From Gemmatimonadota bacterium (GTDB lineage: Bacteria > Gemmatimonadota > Gemmatimonadetes > Palauibacterales > Palauibacteraceae): a stretch of DNA of 54,791 nt. The position numbers and the translations under genes are program-made. The stretch covers positions 1 to 54,791 of the forward strand of contig JBDGZR010000005.1 of assembly GCA_039588495.1 (NCBI GenBank), written 5' to 3'. The number at the start of each line of letters is the position of its first letter. Position 1 is the stretch's first letter. Below the pieces are notes generated by a model that saw only the letters and a list, made by a program, of their open reading frames with translations, was not told where the DNA came from and did not search any database. Of this stretch, positions 18,024-27,705 are shown one piece after another.

Positions 18024-18064
18024 AGAAAGAAAGGCCGCCCCCGTTTGTCGGGGACGGCCTTTCT
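18024..18064 (-). terminator. Intrinsic terminator after the cold-shock gene
   Basis: Minus strand AGAAAGGCCGUCCCCG-ACAAA-CGGGGGCGGCCUUUCU-UUCU. Confidence 0.75.
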
Positions 18065-18088
18065 CAGATCAGACGAAGGTCCTCAGAC

Positions 18089-18298
18089 CTAGTCCGTCTT
18101 TCTGACGTTCTCGGCGGCCGGGCCCTTCTGGCCCTGCACGACCTCGAACTCGACGCGATCACCCTCTGAGAGGGATCTGAAGCCCTCAGCCTGAATCGCC
18201 GACTGGTGCACGAACACGTCGTCCGCGCCATCCTCGGGCGTGATGAAGCCGAAGCCCTTCTGGTCGTTGAACCACTTGACGGTACCTACGGTTGACAT
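18089..18298 (-). CDS. cspA: Cold-shock protein (CspA family)
   Basis: [32 protein letters not shown]. Confidence 0.95.
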   Translation of the reverse strand: MSTVGTVKWFNDQKGFGFITPEDGADDVFVHQSAIQAEGFRSLSEGDRVEFEVVQGQKGPAAENVRKTD

Positions 18299-18496
18299 CG
18301 CCTACGGATATGAGCGGAGACCGATCTCCGCATGTGCTTGGGCGCCACCTGACACGACTCGGTGTCGGTGACCTTCGTCCTGGAAAAAAACGGACCCGAG
18401 GCGGACCCCGAATCCGTCAAGTACACGCTTGCCTTTTGACGCGAAGCCAAAGTACCCGGCCGAAACCGGTGCGTCAACGCGGAAGCACCCGAATCC

Positions 18497-20044
18497 CTAC
18501 AGATCCGCCAGGTGGTCGGACCACCATCCAGCCGCCCGATCCGGGGTCCAGGGATCGCCCACATCGGAATCCGCCAGCATGGCCGCCAGCTCGTCGACGG
18601 TCTGAGGCCTCCGGGCCGGATCCTTCTCCAGGCACGCGAGGACGATCCGGTCCAGCGCCGAGGGAACCGGCTGGTCGGTGCGGCTCGAGGGGGCGGGCGG
18701 CGTCTCGCGCACGTGCATCACCATGGTCTGCAGAGCCGATTCGCCCTCGAACACGTAGGAGCCCGTGAGCATCCAGTACGCCACGCAGCCGAGTGAGTAG
18801 ATGTCGGCGCGGCCGTCGATCTCCTCGCCGGCCACCTGCTCCGGCGCGATGTACGCCGGCGTGCCTCCCACCGAGTGGTCGACGGTCAGCGCGAGGTCTC
18901 GGCTCTCGCCGTGGTGGTGGAGCTTCACGAGACCGAAATCGAGCACCTTTACGAAATCCACCTGCCGCGCGTACCGGCAGACATAGATGTTCGCCGGCTT
19001 GACATCGCGGTGGATCAGGCCGTTCTCGTGCGCCTCGCCCAGCGACTCGCAGGTCTGTTCCAGCAGATAGGCTGCGCGGGCAGGCGGCAGGGGGCCGAAT
19101 CTCTTCACCAGCTCTTCCAGATTGAGGCCGTGCAGCAACTCCATCACATAGTAGAAGGTCCCGCCCTGCTCGATCCCGAAATCGTAGAGCTGGATGGTGT
19201 GGGGTGAGGACATGGCGGCCGTCACCTGCGCCTCCCGCTCGAAGCGGGCGAGCATCATACCCTGGTGCTCGGGGTCCCGGGCGACGACATCGGGCCGGAT
19301 GAGCTTGACGGCGGCAGGTCGGGCCAGCAGCCGGTGCTGCGCGAGCCACACCTCCCCCATCCCGCCCCGGCCAAGCCGCGACTCGAGCACGTAGCTGCCC
19401 AGCCGGCGAGCCTCCGCCAGATCGACGTTCATCCCGTGCACGATTCGGGATCCCAGGTAGGCGAGCACGACGGCAAACGCAGGGCTGACGGACGACACCA
19501 CGTAGCGGATCGCGGGGATCTCGAATCCGGCAAAACCCGCGAGCAGGGCCAGGGCAATGGGTCGCGTCGAGGCAGCGCCGATCGCCGTGATCAGGGTTAG
19601 GCGTGGCGGACTCGGGACGATCATCGGGAAGAAGATGATCAGGGGAGTGACCCACGTGACGTACGGGACGTCGCCGATCTCCATGTACGTGAGCCACGGC
19701 GTGAACACGGCGAGGAAGAAGCAGATCAGGACCTCGTAGATCAGCGCCAGGTGGAGCACGACGAGATGCGTCACCCGCTCGTCCCTGGCGATCAGGATGA
19801 GCCCGCCGGCCAGCGATACGCCAATGACACTTCCCACGATCACGAGCGGATCCAGAGTGCCGACGAAGAGGCGGGCGTACAGCAGATCGAAGGCCGCGCC
19901 GACGGCCACGAAGGCGAACATGATCCAGGCCAGGATCCTGACTCGGCCGCGGGCCTTCTCGAGCAGATCCGGGGTGAGGCCCAACCAGGCGCGCCGGGCG
20001 GCGCCGGGGTCCGTGATGCGCCGGAAGACGACCGCTTCCTTCAA
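18497..20044 (-). CDS. Hanks-type Ser/Thr kinase with multi-TM N-terminus
   Basis: LGRGGMGEVW, AVKL, HRDVKPAN, KVLDFG, GTPAYIAPE; TTGA overlap with the SDR stop. Confidence 0.9.
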   Translation of the reverse strand: MKEAVVFRRITDPGAARRAWLGLTPDLLEKARGRVRILAWIMFAFVAVGAAFDLLYARLFVGTLDPLVIVGSVIGVSLAGGLILIARDERVTHLVVLHLALIYEVLICFFLAVFTPWLTYMEIGDVPYVTWVTPLIIFFPMIVPSPPRLTLITAIGAASTRPIALALLAGFAGFEIPAIRYVVSSVSPAFAVVLAYLGSRIVHGMNVDLAEARRLGSYVLESRLGRGGMGEVWLAQHRLLARPAAVKLIRPDVVARDPEHQGMMLARFEREAQVTAAMSSPHTIQLYDFGIEQGGTFYYVMELLHGLNLEELVKRFGPLPPARAAYLLEQTCESLGEAHENGLIHRDVKPANIYVCRYARQVDFVKVLDFGLVKLHHHGESRDLALTVDHSVGGTPAYIAPEQVAGEEIDGRADIYSLGCVAYWMLTGSYVFEGESALQTMVMHVRETPPAPSSRTDQPVPSALDRIVLACLEKDPARRPQTVDELAAMLADSDVGDPWTPDRAAGWWSDHLADL

Positions 20045-20949
20045 GCGAGAGCCTCGTAGGTCACACCTGTGCGCTCCTCCGAGACGGTCCAGAGGCGGGC
20101 CGCATCCTCTTTGCTTTCCGCCGCGCTCGTGGTGGCCACCCGCTTCGGGTAACCTCGCATCTCGTAGAAGCCGCCTGGCCCGAAGTAGTCGCCGCCCCGC
20201 ACGTCGGGCGCGGTGGCGGCGCGGAGGGTGGGCAACGCCCCCTTGGCCTGGTTCATCCCGAAGATGGGGTTCAGCATCCCGATCAACCGGGAATGCCGCT
20301 GCAGGTTCGTCACCGTCCAGCCGGGATGGGCCGCGGCGGCCGTGACGTCGGCTCCGGCGGCCGCCAGACGCCGATCGAGCTCGAAGGTGAAGAGGAGGTT
20401 GGCCAGCTTGCTCTGGCCGTAGGCCGCAGCGGCCTGATAGCCGCGCCGCTCGAAGTCGAGGTCGTCGAAGTCCATCTTGCCCTGGCGGTGGGCCTGGCTG
20501 GAGACGGTGACCACGCGGGCGCCCGGGGTGGCGAGCAGCAGATCGAGGAGCAGCCCGGTAAGAGCGAAATGTCCGATGTGGTTGATGCCGAATTGCAGCT
20601 CGGACCCCTGCTCCGTGCGGCCCTCCGGCGGGACCATCACCCCCGCGTTGTTGACGAGCAGGTCCAGTCGGTCGAACTCCTTCCGAAACGCGGCGGCGAA
20701 CTCGCGGACCTGGTCGAGATCGGCGAGATCGAGCTTCATGACGCGGACGTCGGCATCGGGCAGCTCCGCAACGATCCGATCCCTGGCCTCGTTGCCGCGT
20801 TCCTCGCTGCGGCTGGCGAGCACGACGCTCGCTCCCTTGCGCGCCAGCTCCCGTGCGGTCTCGAAGCCGATCCCGCTGTTCGCTCCGGTGACGATCGCCA
20901 CGCTGCCGCTCTGATCGGGGATATCCGCGCTCGTCCAGCTGCCTCTCAT
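20041..20949 (-). CDS. SDR family oxidoreductase (retinol-DH/WWOX-like)
   Basis: TGANSGIG, NNAGVM, YGQSKLAN, AHPGW; ATG 20949. Confidence 0.9.
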   Translation of the reverse strand: MRGSWTSADIPDQSGSVAIVTGANSGIGFETARELARKGASVVLASRSEERGNEARDRIVAELPDADVRVMKLDLADLDQVREFAAAFRKEFDRLDLLVNNAGVMVPPEGRTEQGSELQFGINHIGHFALTGLLLDLLLATPGARVVTVSSQAHRQGKMDFDDLDFERRGYQAAAAYGQSKLANLLFTFELDRRLAAAGADVTAAAAHPGWTVTNLQRHSRLIGMLNPIFGMNQAKGALPTLRAATAPDVRGGDYFGPGGFYEMRGYPKRVATTSAAESKEDAARLWTVSEERTGVTYEALA

Positions 20950-21149
20950 GCTCCGCTCCGTCGTCGGTTTTTCAGCAAGGCGGGACAGCCGCCTGCACGA
21001 CAGGATGCTGCACGACAAGATAATGAAGCAGAGGGAACAGGAGAGAGTGGTCGCGCGGGTCCTCGTTTGGACGGCAGCGATTGCAAGGATGTCGCGTCCG
21101 GGCGGCGCCATCGCCCGGACGCGCTCTGTGGTGGGCGCAGCGGGTCAGA

Positions 21150-22535
21150 TCACCTGAAGGTGATCGGCTGCGCCAGCCATACGGGGGTCGCCTTGTCCCG
21201 GTTCATGGCCGGGGCGAACCTCATCTTCTCCGCCGTGCTTAGCGCCGCTTCGTCCATCAACTCATAGCCGCTCGACTCCTTGACCTCCATCTTCTGCACG
21301 GCGCCCTGCGCGTCGACGAAGATCCACAGGATCACCGTGCCCTCGATGCCGGCATCTCGCAGCTGCGACGGATAGCCGCGCTCCAGGAGCCTCTGGATCT
21401 CGCCTGCATTCTCCAGCTTCGGCGGCACATCGTACGGAATGAAGGTCGGTCGCTGGGTCGGGTTGCCGGTCGCCAGCGGCGTAAACGAGCTGCCGATCGG
21501 GATCGGCTCCGAAGCGGCGGGTTCGAGGAGAGCCAGGTCCACTTCGAGGGCGGCGACATCGGGAGCGCTCGGAGTCGTGATCTCCAGCTCCGGCGGCGCT
21601 GGTTGTATTTCAGCCGGGGCCGTCTCCACCGGATCGAGCCCTTCGGCGCCGGCCGATCCGTCGGCCAGCGCTTGGCCGGCAGATCCGCTTGCCAGCGCTT
21701 GGCCGGGTAGGGGACCGGCGTCCGTCTCGACCAACTCTGTGGAGCCGGCCGCGTTGGCAAGCTGGGATCCCTCGTCGTTCATCTCGGCTGCCGGGAGCGC
21801 TCCATCCAGCGCCTCCGGCAACTCGAGATCGCCGAACTGCATCAGAGCGACACCGCCGATCAGGCCGAGACCCACCAGGATTGCGGCGCGGAGCGACCGC
21901 GTCTTCTTCTTCTTGGCCTTGGCCGGACGTTCGGCCGGCTCGTCGCCAACGGCGGGGACGTCCGGTCTGAGCTGAGCTCGTTGTTTCCTGGGCGGGCGCT
22001 GGCTCTTCAACGCATGAGCCTGGGCGGTCGCCTGGCGCCACAGTCCCTGAGCGGCCCGCTTCGCTTCAACGGCTACCACCGAGATCTTCCCGGCGAACGC
22101 CGCAGCCGCTTCGGATAGGGCCGAAGCCTGCCGGGTGGCGGCGATGGGTGCCGCCTCGGCCGGAGGCGTGCCGGAGAGCCAGGTCGGCTCGGAGTCGGGC
22201 GGCGTCGTGGCTGCCGCCACCGGCTGGGGGTCGGCCGGAGTTTCCATCGGGGGCGGGGCCTCGACTACGGGCAGCGGCTCCGGCGGCGGTGGAGCCGAAG
22301 GCTGTGGATCCACTGGCGGCGCGGCCGCCGGCGAAGGAACCGCTGCCTCTGGTGCCGAAGCCTCCGGAGTAGCCTCCGGAGCTGCCTCCGCGACGGGCGC
22401 GACGGGAGCGTCTTCCATCGATGGATCTGATCGCCGCAGCTCGGCCTTCCGCTCCTCGGTGAGCTTCTGCAAACGGGCCTGGAGCTCCGCCAACCGCTGC
22501 TGGCGATCATGCTCCGAGGGTTGATTCTCGCTCAT
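21150..22535 (-). CDS. tonB: TonB family energy transducer with long N-terminal extension
   Basis: C-terminal YPSQLRDAGIEGTV..FVDAQG..ESSG..DEAAL..FAPA; internal TM; GGAGGT RBS before ATG 22535. Confidence 0.8.
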   Translation of the reverse strand: MSENQPSEHDRQQRLAELQARLQKLTEERKAELRRSDPSMEDAPVAPVAEAAPEATPEASAPEAAVPSPAAAPPVDPQPSAPPPPEPLPVVEAPPPMETPADPQPVAAATTPPDSEPTWLSGTPPAEAAPIAATRQASALSEAAAAFAGKISVVAVEAKRAAQGLWRQATAQAHALKSQRPPRKQRAQLRPDVPAVGDEPAERPAKAKKKKTRSLRAAILVGLGLIGGVALMQFGDLELPEALDGALPAAEMNDEGSQLANAAGSTELVETDAGPLPGQALASGSAGQALADGSAGAEGLDPVETAPAEIQPAPPELEITTPSAPDVAALEVDLALLEPAASEPIPIGSSFTPLATGNPTQRPTFIPYDVPPKLENAGEIQRLLERGYPSQLRDAGIEGTVILWIFVDAQGAVQKMEVKESSGYELMDEAALSTAEKMRFAPAMNRDKATPVWLAQPITFR

Positions 22536-22876
22536 TGCGACCTCCGGTGACGCCTCGCAAGAAACCGGTGTCGGGCCAAAATCCCCGAAATACCTCCCGA
22601 TTAGTGATCTCTGCGTACTCACGTCAAAGATCGGCCTGTCACTGCCACGTAACTGATTGCAATCACGCGGTATAGACGGGTCAGGCCGTAGCGGCGACAC
22701 GTCGCCTGCGTCTCGCGAGCGAGCTCGCGTTCGGTCGACGAGAGCACGATGCCGTCACCGAGAAGCGCAAGTTCAGGACCGGTGGATGACGCGGCATAAG
22801 GGCGACATAGGGTGTAGTCCGGCCTCGTCGCCGCCGGAGGTTGGCTGGCGCTCCGGACACCGGTAGCATAGGCGGT

Positions 22877-23590
22877 ATGGCTCGTCGACTGCTCCTGCTC
22901 AGCAACTCCTCCACGGCCGGGATGTCATACCTGGGTCACGCGCAGGACCCGATGCGCGAGTTCCTGGGCACGGCTCCCCTGACCGTACTCTTCGTTCCGT
23001 ATGCCGCCGTTCGCTTCGGCTATGACGAATACGCGGCGAAGGTGAGGCCCGTGCTGGAGGAGATCGGACATCGGCTGATCTCGATACACGACGCGCCGGA
23101 CGCCATCGCGGCGGTACTGGAGGCGGAGGCGATCGCCGTTGGCGGCGGCAACACGTTCCATCTCGTACGCGAGCTTCAGGAGATGGAGATGCTCGGGCCG
23201 ATTCGCGAGCGTGTGCTCGAGGGAACTCCCTTCATCGGCTGGAGTGCCGGCTCCAACATCGCCTGCCCGACGCTGCGTACCACGAACGACATGCCGATCG
23301 TCGAGCCCCGAAGCTTCCGCTGCCTCGACCTGATCCCGTTTCAGATCAACCCACACTATCTGGACGCGCATCCCGACGGTCACATGGGCGAGACGCGGGA
23401 AGAGCGGATCCAGGAGTTCCTCGCCGTCGAGCCCGATCGGTACGTGGTGGGCCTACGCGAGGGGAGCACGCTGCGCGTCGAGGGAGACGGCATTCAGCTC
23501 CTCGGCGAGAATCCGATGCGGGTCTTCAGGCACGGCGAGGAACCGCGCGAGGTCGAGCCGGGCGAGGCCCTCGAGTTTCTACTCGACTGA
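22877..23590 (+). CDS. pepE: Dipeptidase E (peptidase S51)
   Basis: LLLLSNS, VGGGNTF, GWSAG, TTNDMPI, INPHY, GETREERI. Confidence 0.95.
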   Translation: MARRLLLLSNSSTAGMSYLGHAQDPMREFLGTAPLTVLFVPYAAVRFGYDEYAAKVRPVLEEIGHRLISIHDAPDAIAAVLEAEAIAVGGGNTFHLVRELQEMEMLGPIRERVLEGTPFIGWSAGSNIACPTLRTTNDMPIVEPRSFRCLDLIPFQINPHYLDAHPDGHMGETREERIQEFLAVEPDRYVVGLREGSTLRVEGDGIQLLGENPMRVFRHGEEPREVEPGEALEFLLD

Positions 23591-23593
23591 CGT

Positions 23594-24055
23594 CTAGGAA
23601 GCCCTCACTACGAGATCCACCTTTTTCCCGAGCAGATGGAGCAGGGCGAGCATCTGCCCAACCGATTTTCCGTGGTACGTAGGGTCGAGCAACCGGTAGA
23701 GCTGGCTCGGTGAAGTCCGGAGCCTTCGGATCAGCTCCCGCTTGCTGAGGCCGCTCTCCTCCAGGGCATTGAGCGCCTCGACGGTAAGCCGATGGAGGAG
23801 CAGCTCGTTCATTAGCGCGGGATCCCGGTTGTACTCCAACACGGCCTCGATGTGGACCGTGTCCTCTGCCCCCGAGTCGAGGCGGCAGGTGAAGCCCTCC
23901 ATCCCGAGCTCCTCGTCCGGAAACACCTCGGCGATCGGGTCATCGGCTCTCGGAGTGATCTCGAGCTTTGCGAACGGGAAGGAATATGCGCCTTCGCGGG
24001 TGCTCACCTCGAAGCTCCTCTTTCGGTTGTTCGCCCGTACTTCGACGATCTTCAC
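23594..24055 (-). CDS. Antitoxin-like protein with C-terminal HTH
   Basis: GTG 24055; LSKRELIRRLRTSPSQLYRLLD HTH; N-terminal NNRKRSFEV. Confidence 0.75.
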   Translation of the reverse strand: MKIVEVRANNRKRSFEVSTREGAYSFPFAKLEITPRADDPIAEVFPDEELGMEGFTCRLDSGAEDTVHIEAVLEYNRDPALMNELLLHRLTVEALNALEESGLSKRELIRRLRTSPSQLYRLLDPTYHGKSVGQMLALLHLLGKKVDLVVRAS

Positions 24056-24105
24056 AGCAGTCCTTCCTGCTCCAGCTGCTCGATCAATGTCAGGATTCGC
24101 TTGTT
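24052..24105 (-). pseudogene. Probable C-terminal remnant of a deleted upstream partner (toxin-like) gene
   Basis: NKRILTLIEQLEQEGLL* ends in a GTGA overlap with the HTH gene and begins right after the -10 box. Confidence 0.5.
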
Positions 24106-24107
24106 TA

Positions 24108-24136
24108 ATAGTACCACATACGGTAACACTTATGAA
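24108..24136 (-). promoter_or_regulatory. Sigma70-like promoter TTCATA-17-TACTAT with extended TG and overlapping inverted repeat
   Basis: Read directly; AT-rich island; TACC-N7-GGTA dyad. Confidence 0.55.
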
Positions 24137-24223
24137 GGTCAAGGGATCGACCCTCAAAGGTGGCCGAGCGGCTCAACTAGAAGTCAATTGGAGGAGATGG
24201 TGTCACGAATTCGGGAGGCGACG

Positions 24224-24805
24224 ATGCGAGCGACTCGTTTGGCGATAGCGGGAGTGTTGGCGGCGGTGCTGTCGGGCTGCGGCGGTGGCATCAGCGTGCA
24301 GAGCGACTGGGATCCTGGGGTGGACTTCTCCGCCTTCACCACGTTCGAGGTGTTCGACGAGGCGACGGGAGGCGGCGGCCTGGACCAGCTCACCCAGAAT
24401 CGAGTCAAGACGTCGATCGCCAACACGCTGCAGGCCAAGGGCATGCGTCAGGTGAACGACGGCCAGAACGCCGATGTGGCCGTGGGGTGGCAGGTGACGA
24501 CGGAGGAGCGCTCGTCACTGCAGACCGTGAGCAGCGGTTGGGGCAACTACGGCGCGGGCTGGAACCGGGGCTGGTACGGATCTACGGCCGGCGTCGGAAT
24601 GACCACCAGCCGGACGACCGAAACGCGCTACCAGGTCGGCACGCTGGCGATCGCCATGTTCGATGTGAGGAGCGAAGCGATGGTCTTTACGGCCACCGGC
24701 TCGAAGACGCTCTCCGGCGGAAACCCGAGCCCCGAAGAGTCCCAGAAGCGCATCGACGAGGCCGTGGCGAAGATCCTCAAGGACTTCCCGCCCGCCGGTG
24801 ACTGA
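24224..24805 (+). CDS. DUF4136 lipoprotein
   Basis: Lipobox LSGC; DWDPGVDFS.F.TF, YQVGTLAI.MFD, IDEAVAKILKDFPP. Confidence 0.85.
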   Translation: MRATRLAIAGVLAAVLSGCGGGISVQSDWDPGVDFSAFTTFEVFDEATGGGGLDQLTQNRVKTSIANTLQAKGMRQVNDGQNADVAVGWQVTTEERSSLQTVSSGWGNYGAGWNRGWYGSTAGVGMTTSRTTETRYQVGTLAIAMFDVRSEAMVFTATGSKTLSGGNPSPEESQKRIDEAVAKILKDFPPAGD

Positions 24806-26729
24806 GGGGAGTCGGCGCGGAGTGACTGAAGACCGTCGTCGCGGCCGCCTGGGCATAGCTCAGCTTCGGCGCGCCCTCAAGCCGGCGATCGCGTTCGAGA
24901 TCTGGTTTACGCTGGTCTTCGTGATCGCCTTCGCGCCGGCTTCCGGTTGGCTGCTCAACCACCTTGTCACGCGCAGCGGGCAGTATGCCATAGCGGATCA
25001 CGACCTGTTGGCCTTCGCCTTTTCTCCGTCGGGCGTGCTGTTTCTCCTTCTGACCGTCGGGCTTGCCCTCGCGTTCTGGTTCGCGGAACAGGTCGGGCTG
25101 CTCCTGATCGTCGTCAATGCCGCGCGAGAGACGAAGACCTCGGTCAGCCTCGTTCTCAAGGACAACCTCGCTCGCCTGCCTGCGCTGGTTCGCCTCGGGT
25201 TGCTCCAAGGCGCGGCTTTCCTGGGGCTGGGCATCCCCGCCGGAATCGGAATCTGGCTAGCCCTCCGTACGCTTCTCAGCGAATGGGACTTCTACTTCTA
25301 CCTGAACGTGCAGCCCGCAAGCTGGTGGGTCTTCGTAGCCGTCACGGGTATGCTCCTGGCCACATACGGTGCGATTGCGGTCTGGCTGTACGTGCGATGG
25401 CTGTTCGCAATCCCAGCGCTCGTATTCGAGAATGCCCTGCCCATGGCGGCTTTGCGGCGAAGCTGGCGGCGCACGCGCGGCCGGTTCCTGAGACTGGCGG
25501 GGCCGCTGGCTCTCAGCTGGTTCATCGTGTTCCTCTCCTCGTTCCTGATGACGTGGCTGATCAGGAGCCTCGCTTCGCGGGTGCTCGAGGGCGCCGGGCT
25601 CACGCTCGCCCTCATCGTCCCGACCGTGCTCGTAACGCTTGCTCTCCTCGCTTTGGTCGAACTGATCTGGTTCATCATCGGCAAGACGGCGCACGTCATT
25701 CTCGTCGCCGACGCCTACCTGGATTCGGCGGCGGGGCCGCGCGCGGGCCCCTTAGAAGAGGAGGCCGCCACGCCGGAAGTGCTGAAGCCGGCAGGGGCCG
25801 ATATGTCGAGGCCGGCAGCGTCTCCCAGAATCTCGCCGGCCGGCTTCAGACGGCTCGGTTGGCTGATCGCGGCGATCGCTGCTCTGATGGGCATCGCGGC
25901 CGGGGTCGCGTTTCTCGAAGCTCTGAATCTCGATCGCTCCGTCGCGATCACGGCTCACCGCGGCAGCAAGTACGAAGCGCCGGAGAACACGCTGAGCGCG
26001 ATTCGGCAGGCGATCGCCGATGGCGCCGACTACGCGGAGATCGACGTTCAAACCACGGCCGACGGCGTGGTGGTGCTGCTGCACGATGCGGATCTCAAGC
26101 GGGTGGCGTCGGTGCCTCGGAGGATCTACGAGATAGGATTCGAGGAGTTGAGGGAGGTCGATGTCGGCAGCTGGTTCGCCCCAGAGTTCGGCGACGAGAG
26201 GATCGCGACGCTCCAGGAGGCGATCGATCTCGCACGAGGCCGGATCAAGCTGAACATCGAGCTCAAGTACACGCGCGACGACCCGACGCTGGCACCGAAG
26301 GTCGGAGAGATCGTGCGGGAGAACGATTTCGCCGACGACTGCGTGATCAGCTCCCTGAAGCTCACGGGGCTGAGAGATGTCGAGGCGGGGTTCCCGGAAC
26401 TGAAGACCGGGTTCATCGTCTTTCGGGCCGTGGGCGACCTTGCCCGAGTCGAGGTGGATTTTCTGAGCGTCAGCGCGGCCAACGCCACGTCCAGGCTGGT
26501 GAGGGACCTCCGCCGCCGAGGACGCGGCCTTCACGTGTGGACCGTGGACGACCCGCAGAACGCGCTCGCGATGATCGAGCTGGGTGTCGACAACATCATC
26601 ACGGGCCGGCCCGTGGGAGTGCGGAGGGTGCTGGATCAGTGGAACGAGCTCTCCGACGGCGAGAAGATCGCGCTCATGCTCAGAAACCTGATCGTCAGGA
26701 TAGAGCGACCCGAGCCGGGAGAGCTGTAG
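24798..26729 (+). CDS. Glycerophosphodiester phosphodiesterase with membrane domain
   Basis: TAHRG, PENTL, EIDVQ.T.DG..VL.HD, NIELK, HVWTVD; multi-TM N-terminus. Confidence 0.9.
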   Translation: MTEGSRRGVTEDRRRGRLGIAQLRRALKPAIAFEIWFTLVFVIAFAPASGWLLNHLVTRSGQYAIADHDLLAFAFSPSGVLFLLLTVGLALAFWFAEQVGLLLIVVNAARETKTSVSLVLKDNLARLPALVRLGLLQGAAFLGLGIPAGIGIWLALRTLLSEWDFYFYLNVQPASWWVFVAVTGMLLATYGAIAVWLYVRWLFAIPALVFENALPMAALRRSWRRTRGRFLRLAGPLALSWFIVFLSSFLMTWLIRSLASRVLEGAGLTLALIVPTVLVTLALLALVELIWFIIGKTAHVILVADAYLDSAAGPRAGPLEEEAATPEVLKPAGADMSRPAASPRISPAGFRRLGWLIAAIAALMGIAAGVAFLEALNLDRSVAITAHRGSKYEAPENTLSAIRQAIADGADYAEIDVQTTADGVVVLLHDADLKRVASVPRRIYEIGFEELREVDVGSWFAPEFGDERIATLQEAIDLARGRIKLNIELKYTRDDPTLAPKVGEIVRENDFADDCVISSLKLTGLRDVEAGFPELKTGFIVFRAVGDLARVEVDFLSVSAANATSRLVRDLRRRGRGLHVWTVDDPQNALAMIELGVDNIITGRPVGVRRVLDQWNELSDGEKIALMLRNLIVRIERPEPGEL

Positions 26730-26774
26730 CCGGCCGCAGATCGACGCATAGGTGATGAGCGCGGTGGGTGTGAG

Positions 26775-26800
26775 CGGGGCGGCTCGTCGAAGCCGCCCCG
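26775..26800. terminator. GC-rich hairpin between convergent genes
   Basis: CGGGGCGGCT-cgtcga-AGCCGCCCCG; no U-tract. Confidence 0.5.
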
Positions 26801-26827
26801 GCTAGGTGGGCGCGCCGGTGACAGGCT

Positions 26828-27571
26828 CTAAGGGCCGGGTCGGCGGCCGCCTCCCCGCATCGGCCCCTGTCCCCGCCTGGCGGCGAGGTCGATCTCGTAA
26901 GTCTCGCCGTTCACCGTCATCGTGGCGAACTGGGTTCCGTTGAACGTGATGACGGCCAACCGGCTGCGGACCTCTCCATAGTTTTCGCCGCCGATGATCG
27001 TGGCTGTCATCTCTCGCGTGATGGAGCCCGACAGCGGATACGGGTGGTCCTCCCGCGGTACGCCGTGCACGACGTTGTCGATCGATGAGGTGCCCGACAT
27101 CTCGTAGGTTCGAGACCCGTTCGCATCGGAGTGGCTGCTTCGCGTGACGGCCTGTGATCCCGAGCCGTTCACGGTCCGCGTCGTCTCCGCGCCCTCCAGA
27201 CCGGAGATCGTCATCTCGCGGGAGCGCGAGACCGTTGCCGACCAGCCCTCGCGCTCGAACTCGCCGCTGATCTCGCTCACGATGTGTATAGAGGCCGTCG
27301 TCACCTCGTCATAGGCAGCCTGCTGGTTGCCGTCCGCGTCGAAGTACGTCACGGTGCACTCGACCTCGGCACCCTCCTCCGGGAGCCGACCGCCGCCGCA
27401 TTGCGCGATCGCTTCCAGATCTCCCAGCGTGCCGTCGGCGGCGACGACCGCCACGTCGAGATCGACGAACTGGTCGGACGCCGCTGTGGCGCCCGTCGTG
27501 GAATCCCCACAGGCGGCGGCGACCAACGCGACTCCCGCCGCGAATACGGTTAGCTTGATTTCCTTTCGCAT
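26828..27571 (-). CDS. Hypothetical lipoprotein
   Basis: Lipobox AAAC; beta-strand-rich Ser/Thr/Gly composition. Confidence 0.75.
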   Translation of the reverse strand: MRKEIKLTVFAAGVALVAAACGDSTTGATAASDQFVDLDVAVVAADGTLGDLEAIAQCGGGRLPEEGAEVECTVTYFDADGNQQAAYDEVTTASIHIVSEISGEFEREGWSATVSRSREMTISGLEGAETTRTVNGSGSQAVTRSSHSDANGSRTYEMSGTSSIDNVVHGVPREDHPYPLSGSITREMTATIIGGENYGEVRSRLAVITFNGTQFATMTVNGETYEIDLAARRGQGPMRGGGRRPGP

Positions 27572-27705
27572 CTCCTATCCTCTCTCTCGTCTACCCTCGC
27601 CCACTCACAGCTTAGACTCCGGACCGGCCTGCCTTATTCCAAGCCGACCTGCGGGTTACGGAATCTCCGGGTAGCTTGCTCAAGCGTATGGGAGGCCCAA
27701 ATCAC

